64,000 nt of DNA, from the NCBI GenBank assembly GCA_035221665.1, contig CM069152.1:37758001-37822000 (forward strand), read 5' to 3'. Shown one piece after another: positions 1-12,945 of the stretch. The translations under genes and the position numbers were made by a program. The notes below the pieces were generated by a model. It saw nothing but the letters and a program-made list of their open reading frames with translations. It was not told the origin of the DNA and searched no databases. The stretch is from Okamejei kenojei. Taxonomy: Eukaryota. The stretch's first letter is position 1, and each line of letters starts with the position of its first letter.

Positions 1-620
1 AGGATTTGAGTACAAGAGCAGGGTTCTACTGCAGTTGTATAGGGTCTTGGTGAGGCCACACCTGGAGTATTGTGTGCAGTTTTGGTCTCCTAATCTGAGG
101 AAAGGCATTCTTGCCATAGAGGGAGTACAGAGAAGGTTCACCAGACTGATTCCTGGGATGGCATGACTTCCATATGAAGAAAGACTGGATAGACTTGGCT
201 TGTACTCGCTGGAATTTAGAAGATTGAGGGGTGATCTCATAGAGACTTACAAAATTCTTAAGGGGTTGGACAGGCTAGATGCAGGAAGATTGTTCCCGAT
301 GTTGGGGAATTCCAGGACAAGGGGTCACAGTTTAAGGATAAGGGGGAAGTCTTTTAGGACCGAGATGAGAAAATCGTTTTTCACACAGAGAGTGGTGAAT
401 CTGTGGAATTCTCTGCCACAGAAGGTAGTTGAGGCCAGTTTGTTGGCCATATTTAAGAGGGAGTTGGATGTGGCCCTTGTGGCTGAAGGGATCAGGGGGT
501 ATGGAGAGAAGGCAGGTACAGGATACTGAGTTGGATGATCAGCCATGATCATATTGAATAGCGGTGCAGGCTCGAAGGGCCAAATGGCCTGCTCCTGCAC
601 CTAATTTCTATGTTTCTAAC
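1..620 (+). mobile_element. CR1 (HER1-like) LINE, 3' end of ORF2 plus 3' UTR/tail
   Basis: ORF 200-529 YSLEFRRLRGDLIETYKILKGLDR...RTRGHSLRIRG...FFTQRVVNLWNSLP is the typical CR1 ORF2 C-terminus; tail TTCTATGTTTCTA; near-identical to 15980-16600. Confidence 0.93.
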
Positions 621-732
621 CTTGATAGCACAGCACTGAATGCAACATTCTAGCTAGGAAACACAGTAAACACAAGGTTCACATCTACTAAACGCACTGA
701 GTACTGTCTGGTTGGGCTCTACAGAAATTAAT

Positions 733-1005
733 TTTAGAGATACAGCGTGGAAAAAGGAGCTTTCGGCCCACCGAGTCCACACCGACCGACAATCACCCGT
801 ACACCAGTTCTATCCTACACACTGGGGACAGTTTACAGAGGCAAACCAACCTGCAGATCTTTGGAATGTGGGAGGAAACCGGAGCACCTGGAGAAATCCG
901 ACTTGATCACTAGGAGAATGTACAAACCCTGTACAGATAGCACGCGTAGTCAGGACAGAACCGGATCTCTGGCGCTGTAAAGCAGCAACTCTACTGCTGC
1001 GCCAC
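733..1005 (-). mobile_element. tRNA-derived V-SINE (HE1-like)
   Basis: Reverse strand reads CAGTGGCGCAGCAGTAGAGTTGCTGC...CGCCAGAGATCCGGTTC (A/B-box-like head), then the V-domain GTTTGTACATTCTCC...GGTTTCCTCCCACATTCCAAAGA; many copies in the window. Confidence 0.8.
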
Positions 1006-1569
1006 TGATGTGCAGCATCAGGTCCAATGCCCCAATGTTTTCAATTCATTTGCATTCATTTATAAGATGACATTTAATAATAGCGAGGGAGTGCCCTCCA
1101 CCCTCAGCACTGTCATTGACAAAAACACTGCTCCCAAGGAAAGTAAAGTATCTGGGGTAACTTTAACCTGACTCACCAGATGGGAATCCCAAGGGAGTGG
1201 AAGTGATTGACAATCCACCTCACTCAATATTATCACCTTGCACTTCACACAGTAATAAAACTGGGTGGATTTAACCTTAACACTCAATCTTAGTGGGTGG
1301 GTAGTCAGGTTTAAATGACTTCTAATAACATAAACTGCTGATATTGATACATTTCTGAGGATCAATTGTAATGAGTTAATGACTTTTCACCTCTTTGCTA
1401 ATTTCTGGATTTTTTTTGTTTAACTTGAGTTTGGATGATCGACAGTAGATATGATGTGCAGGAGACCAGATGCTGAACTGGTACTGACTGGGCAGGATGA
1501 CCAAGCTGCTTTACATTTGTGAATTGACTTCAGAGAGCACCATGATCCAGCGAGTAATAGGGCAAAGAT

Positions 1570-1890
1570 TCGTGTCCCACTTACAGCATATAATCCTCCA
1601 ACACTTTTGCCACCTCCAACGGGACCCCACTACTGGCCACATCTTTCCATCTCCACCCCTTTCTGCTTTCAACAGAGACCGTTCCCTCCGAAAATTCCTG
1701 GTCAACTCGTCCCTTCCCACCTAAACCACCCCCTCCCCAGGTACTTTCCTCTGCAACCGCAGGAGATGCCACACCTGTCCCTTTACCTTCCCCCTCGACT
1801 CCATCCAAGGACCCGAAGAGTCTTTCCAGATGAGGCAGAGGTTCACTTGCACCTCCTCCAACCTCATCTACTGTATCTGCTGTTCCAGGT
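1570..1890 (+). mobile_element. Penelope-like element fragment (linker upstream of GIY-YIG)
   Basis: HLQRDPTTGHIFPSPPLSAFNRDRSLR matches the same segment in 6453-7217 and 24510-24713. Confidence 0.85.
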
Positions 1891-2222
1891 TCATCTCTGT
1901 TATCTGAAGAACGTTTGCTTTGTCAAGAAACACAACAAAACAAAATGTAGGAAGTTGCAAGGATGCAATAAATTGAAAATTGATCAGGAATGGATGAGTA
2001 GTGTTGATAGGCTGATATTCACTTGTCATTGTGGATTCCTCTTCAAGGTTTCATCGTGCTCAGGCCGCAAGTACAAAGGTTATTCTCTATGTTAGAGATG
2101 ATGGCTGCCAAAACAAAAACATGGATACATAAAATGCAAATATGTGCAAATCAGACATGATTTACGTTTAAATAGATTCTAGATTAGTACAGGTTATGGG
2201 GAGTAGACAGGTTAGGAGGGAG

Positions 2223-3600
2223 CTTCCAGGCAGGGGAGAAGGCTGGCGCTATCTTCTTGGACCTCACAGCTGCATATGATACTGTCTGGCTGCGTGGACC
2301 ACACATGAAGCTTCTGGAAACCATCCCAGACAAGCACAGGGTGAGCTTCATCATGGAGATGCTGAGCAACCGCAGCTTCAGGCTACACACCAGCAACGGG
2401 CAATGCAGCAGGGTGAGGAAACTTAAGAACGGCGTCCCACAGGGCTCAGTGCTGGCACCAATGCTGTTCAACATCTACATCCATGACCTGCCTGCAACCC
2501 AGTCAAAGAAGTATGGCTATGCTGATGACCTGGCCATCCTACTCAGTAAGCCATCCTGGGAAGCAGCAGAAGAGGGCCTCTCTGAAGACATGAACAACCT
2601 GTCTTCATACTTGAGAAACTGGTGCCTCGAGCTCAGCATGGGTAAGACAACATCTTCAATGTTCCAGCTCAACAACAGGAAAGCGACCGGCGAGATGAGC
2701 GTCATGGTGGATAACGCCCGGTTACGGTCCCAGCCTGTCCCCACGTACCTCGGTGTGAAGCCCGACAGAACGCTGTCATTCAAACAACACCTGGAAGGTG
2801 CCAAGGCAAAGACAAGCGCCCGTGCCGCACTGATTCGCCGCCTAGCCGGCACCACATGGGGAGCCTTGATGAAGACACTGCACATGTCCAGTGGCCCTGG
2901 TGTTCTCAGCCGCTGAGTACTGCGCCCTGGTCTGGTGCCGTAGCCCTCACGCCAAGAAGCTGGATGCTGCCCGCAACAGCGCCCTGCGGACTGTCTCCGG
3001 ATGCCTACGAGACACCCCAGTAAACCAACTGCCCGTCCTCGCTGGCACCGCCCCAGCCAACATCAGACGAGAAGCAGCCACGCTGGCCCTCTCTCGAAAG
3101 GCACAGACCAATGAATCCCACCTCCTCCATCAGATCGTCACAGAGACACCACGACGAGTGCGCCTCAAGTCACGGCGCCCCTTTGCCACGCAAGCCCAAG
3201 AGCTGCTCTGTACAACACCGGCTGACGCTTCTAAGGCCGCCTGGGTCAAGACGAGATGGAGAGATCAGTGGAAGTCAGTGGAACCATCTAGGCTGCACCA
3301 TTACATCAATGACCCCATGGGCGTCCCTGGCCAGGACGTGCCCCGAAAGCAGTGGACAACCCTCAACCGCTTGAGGACAGGCATCGGACGCTATGGAGTA
3401 GCGATGAAGAGGTGGAGCCTCGTGGACAGCGCCTCATGCGAGTGTGGAGACTCAACACAAACAGTAGAGCACATAGTCACCAGTTGCCCCAAACTCCTGC
3501 CACCGAATGGTGAACGACGTCTGATTGACCTGGACCATGATACGTTGGCCTGGCTCGCCTCAACGGAGCTGCAGGTCTAAAAGACATGCGACAGAAGAAG
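2223..3600 (+). mobile_element. Vingi (Ingi-related) non-LTR retrotransposon, 5'-truncated, one frameshift near 2890
   Basis: RT motifs [30 protein letters not shown]; C-terminal CECG...QTVEHIVTSCP; tail CATGCGACAGAAGAAG; TSD AGGGAG at 2217-2222 and 3601-3606, inside a CR1 3' UTR (about 2170-2222 plus 3601-3680). Confidence 0.8.
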
Positions 3601-6089
3601 AGGGAGTGATAGATCAGCCATGATTGAAGGGCGAAGTAGACTTGATGGGCCGAATGGCCTAATTCTACTATCATTTATGACCATACGTAACAGAGATGAA
3701 GGATCTTGTATAAGTGTTGAGATAATGGCCGGTTTCAATCACCGTTCCTCCTCTACGATGAGTCACAGAAAGAGCAGCAATCTATCCAACCAGTTAAGGG
3801 TGTTCCCGACATCCGATCTATCAGATAATGTTTGCAGGTTTCATTCACCTGCCTTAATTCCCTAACCCTTAGTAGACTTGCCGAATGTAAAAAGGACATA
3901 AAGTGCTGGAGAAGCTGCCTGAGTTGTTGAGTTGCTCCAGTACTTTGTGTCCTTTTGTGTATTAACCACCATCTGCAGTTTAGGTTTGCCAATTAACAAC
4001 CTGTCCACCATAGTTTTGAAGTTTTTAATTAATCCTGTGTCTTGCACAGAGAGCTCTTTACTCCCCTTTTGTTTCCTGGCATCACCTATTGTAGGCCCAA
4101 TGTCCATTTTTCTGGACTCACCCTTCAGAAGAATTTGCTTTTCCTGATTTATCCTAACAAATTCTATGATCATCTTAAAAACATCCTGAAACAACTCCCA
4201 ATTGATTATCTTCCTTCCTATGATAATATTCAGCATTTCCATAGGAGGCTTGTCCTATGTTTTATAAAATATACTGCCTGCTCTCTATTCATTATATGCC
4301 AAGCAGCATTATCCTGCTCTACTGGTTCTTCCTACAACCTGACACACATACAGAACTGAGGAATGCAAAATGAGACCAACACCCGCACATAACTATGGGC
4401 TTGCCAAGGCTTTGGGCACACCCCATATACACCCAATTCTCTGCACTCTGAGCCTCATGGTGGATGTTACACTAAGGTTGTAAAATGCAGAAGGTGTGTA
4501 TATAAAAAGGAAGTTGTATTCATGTAGTGTAGAATGAAATGGCAGCCAGTTTCACACAGATAAATCTCTGGGAGGAAAGAAGGACTTTACAATAAAACCA
4601 CAAAATGTTGGAGTAACTCAGCATCTGATTAACTCAGCATCTCTGGTGAACATGGATAGGTGATGTTTTTGGTTGGAACGCTTCTGCAGACTGATTGTAG
4701 TAAGTGGGTGAAAGTTGGAAAAGGAGTTGGGATGGGATAAAGCCTGGTAAGTGATAGGTGGACACATGCGAGTGGGGTTTTGTTTGGTAGATGGATGAAC
4801 AAAAGCTATAAATTATAAGAAGGCAAAAAGGGTGTAAGACGGGAGAGAAGAGGAGTAAAATGTGTAGCCACAGAAAAGGATATAGGTGGAAAGGAATGGG
4901 TGAAAGAGAAATGGGGTGGGATCATGCGAGAAAAAGGTACGCACCCAAGCGGGACACAGGGAAGAGAGGGGAGGCAAGAAAGGGGAGGGGGAGGCTGTTA
5001 GTTAAAATTGGTAAATTCAATGTTCATACAATTGGGTTGTAAGTTACCCAAGCAGAATATGAGGTGCTGTTCATCCAGTTTGCGTGTGCCCTTAAAAATC
5101 ACCTAACCATGTCCTCCAGAGATGTTGCCTGACCCACTGTTATTCCAGCATTTTGTGTTATTTTTGTAAACCATCATCTGCAGTTCCTTTTGCCTCCAAG
5201 AAATGGCTTTAACTTGTTTTAAGCTTACACTTAGTTTGCTTATGGAGATAGAATTATTACCCAGTAAATTGTCAGGCTGAAGACACTTCGTCAGAATGTT
5301 TTGGCCAGAAACATTGTTTCCAGAGATGCTGCTTGATCCACTAAGTGATCTCAGCATTTTAGTTTTAATTTTGCAAAAGCGTTTTTAATATTAGCTGGTC
5401 ATTCCTGGCAATGTTGTACAAAAAGAGTAAAAAAATGCTCATGCCAGCCTATTGATCTTGCAGTGGACAATGTTTGTAGCTATTTTACCACCACATACTT
5501 TCCATCCACTATAAACACACCAGGAGGAGAATTTGGATTGTGCCTGTAAAGTTATAACAAGTAAGAATTTCATTGTTCTGGCCCCAGTGCATGTTACAAT
5601 TAAACATTTTTTTAACCAAACAAATCTGTGGGGTTAAGCAGGTTTGACCCCACCCAAAACTGCTGTGGGGGGAATCCAGCCCCTTCCACACCCACTCCTG
5701 GAATGCTGAGACTGCCCAGGCTGCACTGACTACCATGAAAGAGACCAGCATCAGTCCAGTACCATGGTTTTGATTACTTTAACAAAATAAACTCAAAATA
5801 AAGACTATTGCCTTCTGAAGAAGGGTCTCAACCCAAAACATCACCTATTCCTTCCATCCAGAGATGCTGCCTGTCCTACTGAGTTGGTCCAATATTTTGT
5901 GTCTCTCTTCATTGCCAATACCATTATGTTTGAATGTTAAAATCACTACACAGCTGCTTTCCTACTGGGTTGTCTACAATTGCAACCTGGCTTTTCCTAT
6001 AATAAACACCACTTTTTAGGGAGAAACAAGGAACTGCAGATGCTGGTTTTCAAAACAATGACACAAAGTGCTGAATAACTCAGCATTGT

Positions 6090-7500
6090 GTTATAGAAGG
6101 AACTCCAGATGCTGGAGAATCGAGGGTACACAAAAGGCTGGAGAAACTCAGCGGGTGCAGCAGCATCTAAGGAGCAAAGGAGATAGGCGACGTTTCGGGT
6201 CGAGACCCTTCTTCAGACTGGTCAGGGATCAGGGAAACGAGAGATATAGATGGTGATGTGGAGAGATAAAGAACAATGAATGAAAGATATGCATAAAAGT
6301 ATTATCGATGATAAAGGGAACAAGCCATTGCAAGCTGTTTGTGGTGTGAAAATGAGAAGCTAGTGCTAGGGTGGGGGAGAGAGATAGAGAGAGAGGGAAT
6401 GCCAGGGCCCGAGGGCTGAGGGAGAGGTGGGAAGGGGAGGAGACAGCAAGGGTTAACAGAATTGAGAAAATTCAACGTTCAAGCCTAGAGGATGCAGACT
6501 CCCCAAGTGGAATATGAGGTGCTGTTCCTCCAACTTGCGGTGTTGCTCACTCTGGCCGTGGAGGAGGCCCAGGACCGAGATGTCGGATACGGAATGGGAG
6601 GGGGAGTTGAAGTGCTGAGCCACCGGGAGATCGGGTTGGTTATTGCGGACCGAGCGGAAGTGTTCGGCGAAACGATTGCCAAGCCTCCGCTTGGTCTCAC
6701 CGATATAGATCATCTGGCATCTGGAGCAGCGGATGCAGTAGATGAGGTTGGCGGAGGTGCAGGTGAACCTCTGTCGGACCTGGAAGGACTGCTTGGGTCC
6801 CTGAAAGGAGTGGAGGGAGGAGGTGAAGGGACAAGTGTAGCATTTCTTGCGGTTGCAAGGGAAAGTGCCCGGGGAAGGGGTAGAGCGGGAGGGAAGGGAA
6901 GAATTGACAAGGGAGTTGCGGAGGGAGCGGTCTTTGCGGAAGGCAGACAGGGGGGGAGATGGGAAGATGTGGCAAGTGGAGGGGTCACGTTGGAGGTGGC
7001 GAAACTGGCAGAGGACTATGTGTTGTATTTGCCGGCTGGTGGGGTGAAATGTGAGGATCAGGGGGACTCTGCCCTTGTTGCGAGTGGGGGAATGGGGAGA
7101 GAGGGCAGTGTTGCGGGGTATGGAGGAGACCCTGGTGCGAGCCTCATCTATAGTGGGGGAGGGGAATCCCCGTTCTCTGAAGAATGAGGCCATTTGTGAT
7201 GACCTGGTGTGGAACACCTCATCCTGGGAGCAGATGCAACGTAGACGGAGGAATTGGGAATAGGGGATGGAGTCCTTACAGGAAGCAGGGCGGGAGGAAG
7301 AGTAGTCCAGATAGCTGTGTGAGTCAGTTGGTTTGTAGTGGATGTCGGTCAGGAGTGTATCACCTGCAATAGAGATGGTGAGGTCAAGGAATGGTAGGGA
7401 AATGTCGGAAATGGTCCAAGTGTATTTGAGTGCCGGATGGAAGTTGGTGGTGAAATGGATGAAGTCAGTCAGTTATGTGTGGGTGCAGGAGGTGACACCA
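6090..7500 (-). mobile_element. Penelope-like retroelement 3' half: RT thumb/linker, GIY-YIG endonuclease, terminal repeat region
   Basis: ORF 6453-7217: NLIYCIRCSRCQMIYIGETKRRLGNRFAEH...PVAQHFNSPSH...RKLEEQHLIFHLGSLHPLGLNVEF (GIY-YIG with CxxC); hammerhead-like core at 6187-6220. Confidence 0.92.
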
Positions 7501-7767
7501 AACTCAGTAACTCAGCAGATCAGGCAGCATCTCTGGAGAACATGGATAGATGGCGTTTCAGGTAGGGAGCTTTCTTCAGACTGATTGTGGGAGGGAATAT
7601 AGGAAGCGGGAAGAGAGGGAGGACAGGACAAACTCTGACAGGCAATACATGATTATTATACAGGTGAGGGGGGCTTTTGATGGGCAGATGGTTGGACAAT
7701 GGCCAGAGATTAAAAAGCAGGTGTGAGGAATGAATGTGGATGGAAGGGGGAGGAGGAAGAGAAAAAT

Positions 7768-8504
7768 CAATCACAATAATACTGTATTGGCCAAGTATGT
7801 TTTGCAACATACGGGGGATTTCATTTGCCAAGTCAAAGAAAAAGCAACGGAACATACGAAATACATTTTAACATAAACATCCACCACAGTGACTCCTCCA
7901 CATTCCTCACTGTGATGGAAGGAGAAAAAAAGTTCAAATCTCTTCCCTTCTTTGCTCTCCCTCGGTCGGGGGCCTCAAGCCCGCCGTTGACGGACGATCT
8001 TGACTCCCATGGCCGGCGGCGTTTATGTCCTCCGCATCGGGTCGATCAGCTCCCGCATCGGGGGAATGTCAACTCCCCCGCATTGGGCGATCGAACCCCG
8101 GGTTGGGGCTGGTCGAGCCTCTGTGTCGTTGGAGCTTCCCGACTAGGCCTCTCCCGAGACTGCGAGCTCTTGATGGTGTCTGCAGGCCATGGTTGGAGCG
8201 ATCCCAGGCAAGGGATCAGCTCCGATGTTAAGTCCACGCCCCGTGGTGGGGCTCGTCAGTCCGAGGAGGCTTCCAGCTCCATTGATGGTAGGCCGCAGAG
8301 CATCCGGAAATGCGATCCGGAAAACCATTGCATCTCCGGCAAGGTGAGAGACTGAAAATAAAGTTTCCCCCCTCCCCCTCCCCCCACACAAAAAAAACGG
8401 AGAACATTTACACAAACTTTTAACACACACTAAAAATTAACAAAAAGACACAAAAAAAAGACTGTTGGCGGGGCTGCCAATCGTGCGGCGCCCCTGGTGG
8501 AAAT
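7768..8504 (-). mobile_element. Non-autonomous CpG-rich retroelement with Rex1/Babar-like 3' tail
   Basis: 31-bp direct repeats at 7737-7767 and 8505-8535 (29/31 identical); shares head, GTGGATGTT block and tail architecture with 27290-28100 and 45150-45848. Confidence 0.6.
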
Positions 8505-10225
8505 TGGATGGAAGGGGGAGAGGGAAGAGAAAAATAGATGTGAACCAGGTGGAGCACAGGGAAGTATGAGGAGGGGGGGCTGAACAAACAGGGAGTGAAG
8601 GAAAGGACAGGTGACTTGTAGCTACCTAAAATTGGAGAATTAATTGTTCATACCATGGAGTTGTATGCTACCGAAGCAGAATATGAGGTGGAGTCTGATC
8701 TTTGTCAGTATGGGAATGGGAAGAGGAGTTTAAATGGGTAGCAACTATGTGATGGGGCAAAGTTCAAAAAGGAACAAATAATTGGCCGATGCGGCAAGGT
8801 TACATGGGCAGCAGCAGACCTGATGACTCTACCCATTGTCATTTTACTGACAATCTCCTGACAATCCAGGCCTTGATCCATTTACCTAAAAGTAGCTCTG
8901 CTCTGCTTGAATCTCCTTTGAGCTCTTGTTTTAGCAAAGGACACAGTGTACAATTTGGGAAAGAAGAAGGATCCTGACCGGAAACATCACCTAACCCTGT
9001 TCTCCTGAGATGCTGCCTGACCCGCTGAGTTACTCCAGCACTTTGTGCCTTTTTTTGTAAACCAGAATTTGCTGTTCCCTGTTTATAGGGAAGTATTTTG
9101 TTTCAGCTCTTCAACCATACGCCCCACCCAACCCCTTACTTTCAGACAGAAGAAGGGTCACGACCTGAACCGTCACCTATCCTTTCTCACCAAAAATGCT
9201 GCCTGACCTACTGAGTTACTTCAGCACTGTGTCTATCTTAAAATAAATGTTTTAATAGTTTCAGCTCTCAACTGCTTGGGGGTCTATCATTGAAGACAGT
9301 CTATTTAGTTCAGCTTTTTCTCCAAGTGAGTGACAATAGAATATCCAAGCTCACAAGAACTAATCTAGGTTCCGCTTATTTTAAAGACTGCTGGAAAACT
9401 GGGAGTATGACTACAGAACAAGTTGTTGCAGTCAGGTAATGGTACATTTCAATCTGAAGAAAGGTCCCAACCTGAACCATCATCTACCCATGTCCTGCAT
9501 GGGATGCTGCCTGACCTACTGAGTTACTCCAGCACTTGCTAAGTTTTACTAATTGTTCCATTCAGTTAGATTGAAAATGCTGCAGCTACTTAAAGGCTTG
9601 TGAAATGGTTCATTTGAATGCACAACTGCAAATCCTTTGCAAGAACAACGCATAGTTCTGACACTGGATACAGGTTTTGTGTGATAATGCTGGCATGAAT
9701 TAGATAGAAGATGGAAGCCTTGGTTTCAATCAACCTGCACCCAAGGACAAAGGAAGGAAGTGGTCATGGGTTTCCCCTGAGTGCTCCGGTTTCCACCCAC
9801 ACTCAAAGATGTACAGGTTTGTAGGTTAATTGGCTTTGTTAAGGATTGTAAATTGTGCCTAGCGTGTAGGATAGTGCTAGTTGTTGGGGATTGCTGGTCT
9901 GCGCGGACTCTGTGGGCCGAAAGGCCTGTTTCCGTGCTGTATCTCTGAACTACGCTGAACAGCCACAGCTCAGTTGCACAAGTATATTATTGATCTTCCC
10001 ACCGTGGATTTTAAAACCCCAGCCAAGGCTTATTCAAATACACCTTCTGAAACGTAATTGTGTCCAGTAGCGACAGAGGAGCCGTGTGGCAGGGCTGCCA
10101 ACATTGGGTGAGGGTTGAGAGTGAGACATTGTGAGGGGGTGTAGCGACCGAGGGGGTGCGGGTGTGGGTCCCCCCTCCCACTGTAGGGAACTTGCGCATT
10201 TCTCAGCTTGAAATTGTGTAATCTG

Positions 10226-12297
10226 TATCTTTAGTATTGTACCCATGTATTTCTGGATTAGATCTGACATTTTCTACAAGCGGTTCAATTGCTAAAGCGA
10301 ATAAAATTTCTCTATATGCAGATGATGTACTAATATATATTACAAAGCCGGAAATTAGCATTCCAAATTTATTAAATCTAATAACTCAATTCGGTCATTT
10401 CTCAGGATATAGAATTGGAATAAAAGCGAAATCATGTCAATAACGGATCATAATATACATATACTACAACAATCACCTTTTAAAATAGTTGACGAAAAAT
10501 TTAAATATTTAGGTATTTATGTAACTAAGGGGTATAGCTCTTTATTTAAATCAAATTTTCCACCTTTAATGAATAAACTAAATAAGAATATTCAATACTG
10601 GAAAACACTTCCTATCTCAATGTTCGGTAGAATTAATGCTATAAAAATGATTTTTCTACCGCAATTATTGTACCTATTTCAATCCATCCCGATATATATT
10701 CCAAAATCTTTTTTTTTTAAAAGTAGACTCCACTGTTACAAGTTTCATCTGGGACTACAAGAATCATAGAATAAATAAAAAACATTTATGTAAATCAAAG
10801 ATTAATGGAGGTTTAGCTCTACCAAACTTTTTGTTCTATTTCTGGGCAGTTTATATTAAAAACATGAATTTTTGGCTGGAAGAAATGGATCAACAACCAG
10901 AATGGTTTAAGGATGGAAAAGGAGGACTGTCTACCTTTTGAAATCGGTTCGATTATATTTGCACCGACAAAATTGCACAAAAATACTTATGGGGAAAACC
11001 CTATAATATATATTGGTATACGAATCTGGAAACAACTTAAAAAGGCTCTAAAACTGGACAATATACCACTCTACCTCCCTATTGTAAATAATCCCTTATT
11101 CAAACCTTCCATACTAGATAAAGGCTTTATACAATGGAAAAACTATGGAATCAAAAGGGTGGAACACCTTTACAAAAAAGGCACTTATCTCTCATTTCAA
11201 GAACTGCAACAGATTTATGGGTTACACTCAAATAATTTTTTTCGATACTTGCAACTCAGAGATTATGTTAGGTCAAATACACAAGATTATAGGAATAGGG
11301 AACCAGAAATCTTAGATGAATGTCTGAATAAACATCCTAATACAGAAAAATTAATAACTTATATTTACAACACCCTTTTAGATAGTGAGATACCATCAAC
11401 GGAATCATATAGACACACATGGGAAAATGAAATAAATCAATCTATAATGAAAGATTTATGGGATAAAAGTTTACAATACATACATCAATGCTCGCTAAAT
11501 TCCAGATATGCTCTAATACAATTTAAAGTTTTACATAGATTACATTATTCCAAAGTTAAACTAAATAGAATCTTCCCACAAATATCGTCTACTTGCGATA
11601 AATGTCAACATCTAGAGGCTAATTTAACACATACTTTTGCAAATTGTATAAAAATTAAGAATTTCTGGACTGAGATTTTTAAAATAACTTCTGAAGTTAT
11701 TAATACTAAACTGGATCCGGACCCAAAATTAATAATACTTGGAACATCAGAACAAAGTTTAACTCTTACAACAAGCCAAAGAAATTTCCTAGACTACAGT
11801 ATAATAATTGGGAAGAAATTAATATTAAAATTTTGGAAAGGCCCTATATCCCCCACAATTAAAATGTGGATTATGGAAATGTCATAGACCCTACACCTGG
11901 AAAGAATCAGATTTGCCTTATTGGACAAATAAGAAGTTTTTGTTAGAACATGGTCTTCTTTCATTGATTACTTAAAAGGGTAGAATGGTTCGGCAGGGAA
12001 CCCTAACTGAAACTTGGATTTAGGAATAGATGAAAAGTTATATCTTATATTCTTTGATCTTATCTCCTACGATGTATTAATAGTACATTATTCCTTTCTT
12101 TATGATTTTCTTCTTTGATATAGATTCTTATTCTATTTTTCTTACTGTTTTTCTCTATAAAATAAAAACCTATTAGAGTCAAAATGATACAACTGATAAT
12201 ATTAATAATGAATGCATGTTGAACATGAAATATTTCTATCATAATTTATGTTTGCTAATCCACTGTCTAAATACTCTAATAAAAAAAATATATATTC
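10226..12297 (+). mobile_element. L1 LINE, 5'-truncated with 5' inversion (RT C-terminal half plus CCHC)
   Basis: KISLYADDVLIY...FGHFSGYRI; FKYLGIYV; GRINAIKMIFLPQLLYLFQ; CDKCQHLEANLTHTFANC; AATAAA/A-rich tail at about 12278-12290; 15-bp TSD AAATTGTGTAATCTG at 10211-10225 and 12298-12312. Confidence 0.92.
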
Positions 12298-12694
12298 AAA
12301 TTGTGTAATCTGGTGCATACTGCAGCGAGTCTTTTAACTTACACTTGAATGCAACATTTATGCTTCAAATTGGATTAGATATGAATAAGGTTAGGCTAAA
12401 CTTCATTCCTAATTACATTCCACAGTAGAGCCAGGCTCTTATCAACCGGTGCAGCACATATACCTTAGTGTATTCATGTACGGAAATCAGATTATAATTC
12501 ATGCTGTTATGCATATATAGAGAGAAACAAAAACATAGAAACAAGGCAAGAGGAGTCAGACTTCCATCACTGTTCTGCACAAATAAATCAATCAACCTTA
12601 CCCTTTGACTATATAAACAAGACGAAAATAATGCCACATATTCAACCGTATATGGTTCAATGAAATTAAGATATATATGTAAAACATATATAAG

Positions 12695-12945
12695 GAAACA
12701 GGCCCTTCAGCCCCCAGTCCACAACGACCAGCAATCTACCATATACCAGTTGTATCCTACACGCCAGGCACAATTTACAGAAGTCAATTGATCTACAAAC
12801 CTGCACTTCTTTCGGATGTGGGAGAAACCGGAATATCCAGAGAAAACCATATGGTCAAAAGGAGAATGTACACATACTGTACTGACAGCACACATAGTCA
12901 GGATCCAATCTGGGTCTGTGGCACTGCGCCACCGTACCACCCCGT
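12695..12945 (-). mobile_element. V-SINE (HE1-like)
   Basis: Same head, V-domain and tail as 733-1005. Confidence 0.75.

Noticed and set aside
2020-2105. Minus-strand exon-like segment (TTTTGGCAG ... GTGAAT)
   Set aside because: All frames are closed and there is no independent support
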